Both the position numbers and the translations under genes were made by a program. A stretch of 54,344 bases of DNA, filler included, from Candidatus Zhuqueibacterota bacterium (GTDB taxonomy: Bacteria; BS750m-G25), in NCBI GenBank assembly GCA_016783505.1. It is 3 parts of 3 records of this genome, joined end to end, with 100 filler letters (N's around TTAATTAATTAA, not from the genome) between each part and the next. Parts side by side here need not be neighbours in the genome. Positions count along the whole stretch, not along the records: positions 36,660 to 54,344 come from JADHWK010000046.1; 2 more parts are not named here. One strand, 5' to 3'. Below, piece by piece: positions 48,325 through 54,344 of the stretch. The notes under the pieces were generated by a model. That model did no database searches. It was not told where the DNA came from and was given only the letters and a program-made list of their open reading frames with translations. Each line of letters opens with the position of its first letter. Position 1 is the stretch's first letter.

Positions 48325-49161
48325 ATGACAGAGGGAAGAAAAGACAAGGGAACAGGGAGAAGCTGCCGAAGTTCAATTTCCGGTATGAATAGACATCCCA
48401 GACTTTATTTTTGGGCATTTATTTTCCTTTTAATATTGAATTTCCGGTTTCAAAGCATCGCATTTGCCCAATCAGATGTCTGGCGGAAGGGCGAGGAGCT
48501 CGTATATAAAGTCAATTGGTCCTTCATCCGCCTGGGCACCTTACGCCTTAAGGTTGCGGATAAACTTAAAATCGAGGGTCGGGATGCTTACCGGGTAATA
48601 TTGAGTATTGACTCCAATCCATTACTGTTTTTTTTAAACGTCCATTTTAATACTGAAAGCATCATTGACGAAGATTATTTTTCCCATTATTTTATGATCA
48701 ACGAAATCATTGGAGGGGAGAAGGTTAGGACTGAATACTGGTTTGACTATGATCAGAAGAAAATTATTATAAAGGGCGCAAAGGTGGGGAGCTGCACAGA
48801 GTCAGCCAACAGCGAGATGTCCCTATTAGCGAAGATACAGGATGGCACGTCTATTGTCTACTTTGCCAGGGGGAATATTTATCAAAATAAAAAAATTAGA
48901 ATTCCCGTCATGATAGAGACGGAAATAGAGTATATTGATTTTGTCTTTAATAATAAAAGACGGCTGCTGGAAATTGATGCTATTGGCCGCTCGGTTGAGG
49001 TAGTTGGCCTTGAAGGAAAGGCAGGGTTTAAGGGTATAGCTGGTTTTACCGGTGAGTTTCAGGGATGGTTCAGCACCGACGGTCGGGCAGTGCCCCTACG
49101 GGCTAAAATGAAGGTTTTTATCGGAAAGGTCACCGTTGAGCTTGAAAGATGGAATAAATAG
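48325..49161 (+). CDS. DUF3108-like exported protein (paralog of 6212..7018)
   Basis: AQSDVWR.GEELVYKV.WSFIRLGTLRL..; highly similar to copy 1. Confidence 0.85.
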   Translation: MTEGRKDKGTGRSCRSSISGMNRHPRLYFWAFIFLLILNFRFQSIAFAQSDVWRKGEELVYKVNWSFIRLGTLRLKVADKLKIEGRDAYRVILSIDSNPLLFFLNVHFNTESIIDEDYFSHYFMINEIIGGEKVRTEYWFDYDQKKIIIKGAKVGSCTESANSEMSLLAKIQDGTSIVYFARGNIYQNKKIRIPVMIETEIEYIDFVFNNKRRLLEIDAIGRSVEVVGLEGKAGFKGIAGFTGEFQGWFSTDGRAVPLRAKMKVFIGKVTVELERWNK

Positions 49162-49357
49162 GAAAATTAAGGGTTTAAGTAAAAAAAAATTATTACCGTA
49201 TTAAATACTTGACTTTTTCTGATTAATGACTTAAATTATTATAGAAAAAAAGGATTTGACTTTTTGTAAAAAAAATGGCCAAAATTTGGCCATTTTTAGA
49301 TAATTCAGATAGACAAATTTCCACAAATTAGACACTTTTTAATGGTATTTTAGCTAT

Positions 49358-49405
49358 GCCCCTGTAGCTCAGTTAGGATAGAGCAGCGGTTTCCTAAACA
49401 GCAAG
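49358..49405 (+). pseudogene. 5' half of tRNA-Arg(CCT)
   Basis: GCCCCTGTAGCTCAGTTAGGATAGAGCAGCGGTTTCCTAAACAGC; no T-arm or 3' acceptor strand; mismatch in the anticodon stem. Confidence 0.8.
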
Positions 49406-49456
49406 TTTTAGCTATAAAAACAGGGTCAATTCTCCCAAAATTCTCCCATTTTTATG

Positions 49457-49550
49457 AAAAAGGGCCTCCTCATTCATCTTGAGTAGGCCTTTTGTTTTTT
49501 GATATTTTGCTTGCTTTTTTAGAATAAATGCTTATATTAAAATTAGTTAT
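49457..49550 (+). repeat. Hairpin+promoter module, copy 2
   Basis: GGCCTCCTCATTCATCTTGAGTAGGCCTTTT, then TTGCTT..TATATT. Confidence 0.75.
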
Positions 49551-49665
49551 TTAAGATATGATCTAAAAGTGATATTAAGCATAAAACTCCTGATGATTTC
49601 TATTTTCAAAGATTGTAAAACCCTCTCAAGTTAAGAAAGTCTGTAAAAAAGATAGGTTTTGAAAA

Positions 49666-52566
49666 ATGATTGGCAAAACTATATCTCATTACAAAATCCT
49701 CGAAAAAATCGGTGAAGGCGGCATGGGTGTGGTGTATAAAGCTGAGGATACGAAACTAAAGCGTACTGTTGCCCTGAAGTTCCTGCCGCAAGAGTTTACC
49801 AGAGATGAAGAGGCAAAAGAACGCTTCGTCCATGAGGCACAGGCAGCATCAGCCCTCGACCATCCTAACATCTGCACCATCTATGAAATCAATGAAACTG
49901 AAGATGGACAGACATTTATCGCTATGGCATATTACGAGGGTGAAACACTTAAGGAAAAAATTTCAAAAGAATCATTACCAATTGATGAGGCACTGGATAT
50001 TGCATCTCAAGTTGCTCAAGGTCTATCAAAAGCACATGAGAAGGGTATTGTACATAGAGATATAAAGCCTGGTAATATAATTGTGACAAATGATGGTGTG
50101 GCAAAGATTGTCGATTTTGGGTTAGCAAAGATGGCTGGTGCTTCAAGAATCACAAGAGCAGGTTCAACATTAGGTACAGCTGCTTACATGTCTCCGGAAC
50201 AGGCACGAGGTGAAGAAGTAGATTACAGAACTGATATTTGGGCTTTGGGTGTAGTTCTGTATGAAATGCTTACAGGACAACTTCCCTTTCCGGGCGAATA
50301 TGAATCTGCAGTCATCTATTCAATCCTGAATGTAGATCCGAAATCTCCAAGGGATTTTCGTGAAGACATCCCGGCGGAATTGGAGCAGGTCGTGATTAAA
50401 ATGATGAAAAAAGAAATATCTCAACGCTATGTTTCGGTTACTGAATTCAAGACCGATTTAGGAAAGATTAAATCCACATTGATGGGAGCAGGTATAGGAG
50501 TGCTGGGTAAGACCAGGCGATACTTCAAGCCAGCCATCCTTATACCAGTGACCCTCATCGCCCTCATTGCATTAGTGTTTCTCATAAGACAGATTCATCG
50601 CACTACCCGAATCCGTTGGGCTAAAGATGTGGCCCTCCCAAAGATCGAAGAATTAATAGATAAGGCGAATTCTGAAAATAACATTGAAGCTTTTAACCTG
50701 GCACAGAAAGCAGAAAAATACATTCCCGACGATCCGAAACTGAAACAACTCATGCAGTTGATCCCTGCAACCATTTCTATCAAAACACAGCCTGCAGGTG
50801 CTAAGATTTATCGGAAACCTTTCGATAAACCGGAGAGCGATTGGGAATTCATCGGACATACACCTATCGTCAGCAGGCGCATGCCTTACTACCTATTCCT
50901 TTGGAAAGTCGAGAAACCGGGATATGAAACCCTGTACCGGCTCTCCTTTTCAGGAGGACCAATTGATTGGAATACCGTAACATATTTACCTTATACAATA
51001 GATTGTATTTTGGATAAAAGTGGAACCCTGCCTCCGAATATGGTTCGAATACCAGGGACAGGCGAAATTGCCGATTTCTTTATCGACAAATACGAGGTGA
51101 CCAACGAGCAGTTTAAATGGTTCGTCGAAAACGGCGGTTATCAAAAAAAAGCATATTGGAAACATCCATTCATAAAAAATGGAAGAGAAGCGACCTGGGA
51201 AGAGGCAGTGGCAAAATTACGTGATACCACCGGCAGGTTGGGTCCTGCCACCTGGGAAGGGGGAAGTTACCCGGAAGGTGAGGATAACTACCCGGTATCC
51301 GGGGTGAGCTGGTATGAAGCGGCTGCTTATGCAGAGTTTGCCGAGAAAAGCCTTCCCACTATCGGACACTGGGGGTCAGCGAGTAGGGTAAATATTACAT
51401 ACGCCTATCATTTGTTTTATCCCATGTGCAATTTTGATGGGGAGGGTCCGGTTCCCGTGGGAACCACAGAGGCCATAACCCAGTTTGGCGTGTATGACAT
51501 GGCAGGAAACGTGAGGGAGTGGTGTTGGAATGAATCGGAGAAAGGACGATGCATCCGTGGCGGTGCCTGGAATGATGTTACTTACATGTTTGGCAACGTC
51601 ACCCAGGCAGACCCTTTTGATCGTTCTCCTAAAAATGGTTTTCGCTGCGTTATCTATCCTGATAGGGAAAAATTACCCGAGAGTCTATTCGAAACTCGAT
51701 TATACGAAAAGCCGAGGGACTTCTACAAAGAAACTCCGGTCTCCGATGCCATTTTTAACGTTTATAAGGACATGTTTTCATACGATAAAACTGATCTCAA
51801 GGCGGTTGTGGAGGAAAGCGACGACCGTTCGGCCCACTGGATTCATCAAAAAATTTCCTTTTCAGCGGCCTATGACAATGAACGAATGATCATACATCTC
51901 TTCCTGCCCAGAAATAGTAGTCCTCCTTTTCAAACAATCATCTGTTTCCCGGGTGCAGGGTCTATAATTGTACCTTCCAGTGATGATATAGAAAATTATT
52001 GGGAGTTTACCAACAAACTCTCCTTTTTTGTAAAAAATGGGCGGGCTGTGGTATACCCCGTTTACAAGGGGACATTCGAACGCGATGGTTCATTAATACC
52101 CCGGTTTGATGCATTACACGAGTATAAGGACTATATGATAAAAGTAGTAAAAGACTTTAAAAGGGTCATCGATTATCTGGAAACCCGGCCGGATATCAAT
52201 ACAGAGAAAATTGCCTATTTCGGTATGAACTGGGGCGGTAGATTGGGTGGTTTAATTCCTGCCCTTGAAGAACGAATTAAAGTTGCTATCCTTGATGTTG
52301 GAGGATTTTCGTTTAGGAAACCAAAACCAGAAGTGGACCCTTTTAATTATGTTTCGAGAATAACCATTCCCACTTTAATGCTTAATGGTAGGTTTGACAT
52401 GACCTTCCACTATGAGACATCGGCAAAACCGATGTTTGAACTGCTGGGGACTCCGATTAAGGATAAAAATCAGATCGTTTACGATAACGATCACTACATC
52501 CCCCGAAAAGAGCTTATCAAGGAAAGCCTGAATTGGCTGGATCTTTATTTTGGCATGGTAAAATGA
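49666..52566 (+). CDS. Ser/Thr kinase - TM - PEGA-like - FGE-sulfatase - alpha/beta-hydrolase fusion
   Basis: GEGGMGVV, HRDIKPGN, DFG, YMSPE; YEVTN, GVYDMAGNVREW, GFRC; hydrolase elbow YFGMNWGG. Confidence 0.92.
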   Translation: MIGKTISHYKILEKIGEGGMGVVYKAEDTKLKRTVALKFLPQEFTRDEEAKERFVHEAQAASALDHPNICTIYEINETEDGQTFIAMAYYEGETLKEKISKESLPIDEALDIASQVAQGLSKAHEKGIVHRDIKPGNIIVTNDGVAKIVDFGLAKMAGASRITRAGSTLGTAAYMSPEQARGEEVDYRTDIWALGVVLYEMLTGQLPFPGEYESAVIYSILNVDPKSPRDFREDIPAELEQVVIKMMKKEISQRYVSVTEFKTDLGKIKSTLMGAGIGVLGKTRRYFKPAILIPVTLIALIALVFLIRQIHRTTRIRWAKDVALPKIEELIDKANSENNIEAFNLAQKAEKYIPDDPKLKQLMQLIPATISIKTQPAGAKIYRKPFDKPESDWEFIGHTPIVSRRMPYYLFLWKVEKPGYETLYRLSFSGGPIDWNTVTYLPYTIDCILDKSGTLPPNMVRIPGTGEIADFFIDKYEVTNEQFKWFVENGGYQKKAYWKHPFIKNGREATWEEAVAKLRDTTGRLGPATWEGGSYPEGEDNYPVSGVSWYEAAAYAEFAEKSLPTIGHWGSASRVNITYAYHLFYPMCNFDGEGPVPVGTTEAITQFGVYDMAGNVREWCWNESEKGRCIRGGAWNDVTYMFGNVTQADPFDRSPKNGFRCVIYPDREKLPESLFETRLYEKPRDFYKETPVSDAIFNVYKDMFSYDKTDLKAVVEESDDRSAHWIHQKISFSAAYDNERMIIHLFLPRNSSPPFQTIICFPGAGSIIVPSSDDIENYWEFTNKLSFFVKNGRAVVYPVYKGTFERDGSLIPRFDALHEYKDYMIKVVKDFKRVIDYLETRPDINTEKIAYFGMNWGGRLGGLIPALEERIKVAILDVGGFSFRKPKPEVDPFNYVSRITIPTLMLNGRFDMTFHYETSAKPMFELLGTPIKDKNQIVYDNDHYIPRKELIKESLNWLDLYFGMVK

Positions 52567-52682
52567 AATTAAGAACAACTCATCCTATTTTATACGGATC
52601 TAAAAGGGTAGTAAATTACCCATTGACACTATAACGAATAAGCGTTGCATCCGACCGGAGCTCTTTTTAAGCGGAGGTCGGA

Positions 52683-52810
52683 GTGCAACACGGCATGCAT
52701 ACGGACCGAAACGCGTTTCATGACCTCCACGTTTGAGATGCTTGTGGAATCACTTCAATCGGGGAAATAACTCTTGGCGTTTCGGCCGGTGATGCCGAAG
52801 GCCGTTAGAA
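52683..52810 (+). mobile_element. Integron attC-like recombination site
   Basis: GTGCAAC ... GTTAGAA ends; arms CGGCATGCATACGGACCGAAACGC / GCGTTTCGGCCGGTGATGCCG pair with extrahelical bases; 128 bp. Confidence 0.6.
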
Positions 52811-52863
52811 ATCTGAGTTTTATTAAAAAAATGGCAACTGATGGTTTTGCTTTCATTATAATT

Positions 52864-52960
52864 AAACAAGGCCTATTCATTCATCTTGAGTAGGCCTTGT
52901 TTTGAGGGGGGGGGAATTTTGCTTGCATTATTGAAAAAAATAGTTATATTAAATAAGTAA
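52864..52960 (+). repeat. Hairpin+promoter module, copy 3
   Basis: AAACAAGGCCTATTCA..TGAGTAGGCCTTGTTT, then TTGCAT..TATATT. Confidence 0.75.
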
Positions 52961-52996
52961 AATACTTTTCAATACGATATTAAAGATCGAAACAAA

Positions 52997-53959
52997 ATGA
53001 AATATAGACAACTTGGCGATCGGGGACCAAAAGTTTCTACCATTGGTTTTGGAACCTGGGCAATTGGTGGAAGAGATTGGGGGAGAACTAATGATAAAGT
53101 TTCAAAGAGGGCTTTACACGAAGCATTAGACAAAGGGGTAACATTAATTGATACAGCTGATGTGTATGGTTTTGGCCATTCTGAAAAACTTATTGCTGAT
53201 GTTCTTAAGGAAAGAGGAAAAGGAGAAGTTATTGTTGCTACTAAAGCGGGTAATGATTTTTATGATGCTACGGAAGAAGATGACAAGGGATATGGGCCTA
53301 TCAGACAAAATTATGACAAGGATTATTTGATTTGGGCTGCTGAACAGAGTATAAAACGACTTAATGTCGATGTTTTAGATATACTTCAGTTACATAGTCC
53401 AGATTTAGAAAAACTTGAAAGAGATGAACCTTGGGAAGCAATGGAAATATTGAAAAAACAGGGTAAGATTAGATATGCGGGGTTTAGTATTCAATCTTTC
53501 AAAGAAACAGAACAGGCGTTTTTACTTGATGAACATCATGGTTTATTAGATTGTATTCAAGTACGATATAATATACTTGAGCGAGAAGCAGAAAAAGAAC
53601 TATTCCCTAAAGCACAAAAATATGGATTAGGGGTTATTGTAAGAATTCCCCTTTTGTTTGGTTTATTAACTGGAAAATTTACAAAAGAGACTAGATTTGG
53701 AGACGACGATCATCGCAGAATGAACCTTTCCCCTGAAAGATTAGAGAAATATGTTGATGAAATGGAGAAACTAGATACTCTTTTTAAAGAATATTCCACA
53801 TATACAAAAGCCCAAATTAGTTTAGCTTTCTGTATTTCACACTCAGCTTGTTATACAGCGATTCCTGGGGCAAAAACCCCTCAACAGGTTTTTGAGAATT
53901 GTGTATCATCTGATTTAGCACCGATCCCTATTGACAAAATTCCTTCACTTTCTTATTAG
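52997..53959 (+). CDS. Aldo/keto reductase
   Basis: IGFGTW, DTADVYG, ATK, QLH, IPGAK; AT-rich. Confidence 0.95.
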   Translation: MKYRQLGDRGPKVSTIGFGTWAIGGRDWGRTNDKVSKRALHEALDKGVTLIDTADVYGFGHSEKLIADVLKERGKGEVIVATKAGNDFYDATEEDDKGYGPIRQNYDKDYLIWAAEQSIKRLNVDVLDILQLHSPDLEKLERDEPWEAMEILKKQGKIRYAGFSIQSFKETEQAFLLDEHHGLLDCIQVRYNILEREAEKELFPKAQKYGLGVIVRIPLLFGLLTGKFTKETRFGDDDHRRMNLSPERLEKYVDEMEKLDTLFKEYSTYTKAQISLAFCISHSACYTAIPGAKTPQQVFENCVSSDLAPIPIDKIPSLSY

Positions 53960-54174
53960 ATAAATTTTCTAATCATATTAATGTATTTTTAACAAAGGCT
54001 TGGATAAAAGTCAAACAAAAAAGTATACTCATCCACCATATTTAGTTTATCTTTTAGGCTTCTTCTAGTAGTAGGAGGCCATAAATAAAGTTATGCAGAT
54101 TGGATATTGGGATTGATTAAATTTGTCAAAAATAAAGTGGATATTAGAAAATGGTTCATAAGGATGGGTAGACT

Positions 54175-54344
54175 GTGGAATATCGCAATTTAGGCCGCAC
54201 TGGGCTACAAGTCTCTGAGCTGTGTCTGGGCACCATGCAGTTCGGCTGGACCACCGATGAGGTAAATGCTTATCGGGTTATGGATGCCTTTGTAGGAGCA
54301 GGGGGGAATTTCATTGATACCGCTGATGTTTACACCAACTGGGT
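54175..54344 (+). CDS. Aldo/keto reductase (3'-truncated by window edge; not in ORF track)
   Basis: GTG start; [34 protein letters not shown]. Confidence 0.9.
   Translation, partial: MEYRNLGRTGLQVSELCLGTMQFGWTTDEVNAYRVMDAFVGAGGNFIDTADVYTNW

Overview
The window is three separate sequence pieces joined by two 100-nt N-linkers carrying TTAATTAATTAA (18300-18399, 36560-36659), so adjacency across the linkers is not evidence of linkage. Piece 1 (1-18299) is a diderm-bacterial lipid/envelope cluster: a serine-palmitoyltransferase-like AOS enzyme, a LolA-like protein, outer-membrane barrels, patatin, a flippase-like protein, DUF3108, a low-GC B12 radical SAM insert and a CDP-alcohol phosphotransferase. 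A TetR-TolC-SpoIIM-MFP-AcrB efflux operon follows. Piece 2 (18400-36559) is the most unusual. A sigma54 promoter with tandem TGTTA-N8-TAACA enhancer-like sites precedes a tightly coupled co-directional run: small RiPP-precursor-like peptides (two are absent from the ORF track), a SPASM-less radical SAM enzyme, an Opp/Dpp-type peptide importer, an atypical histidine kinase, several pseudo-receiver proteins, an NtrC-like activator and a receiver protein ending in a HEPN-like RNxxxH motif. A second sigma54-like promoter with the same enhancer-like palindrome precedes further small ORFs. Piece 3 (36660-54344) is mostly housekeeping (tRNA-Arg(CCG), proS, pflX-like, plsY, gpsA, asnS, acyP, apt). It ends in an accessory zone with a tRNA-Arg(CCT) half, a thrice-repeated hairpin+promoter module, an attC-like site, a Ser/Thr kinase-FGE-hydrolase fusion and aldo/keto reductases. 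All family calls come from motif recognition by eye, without database searches.
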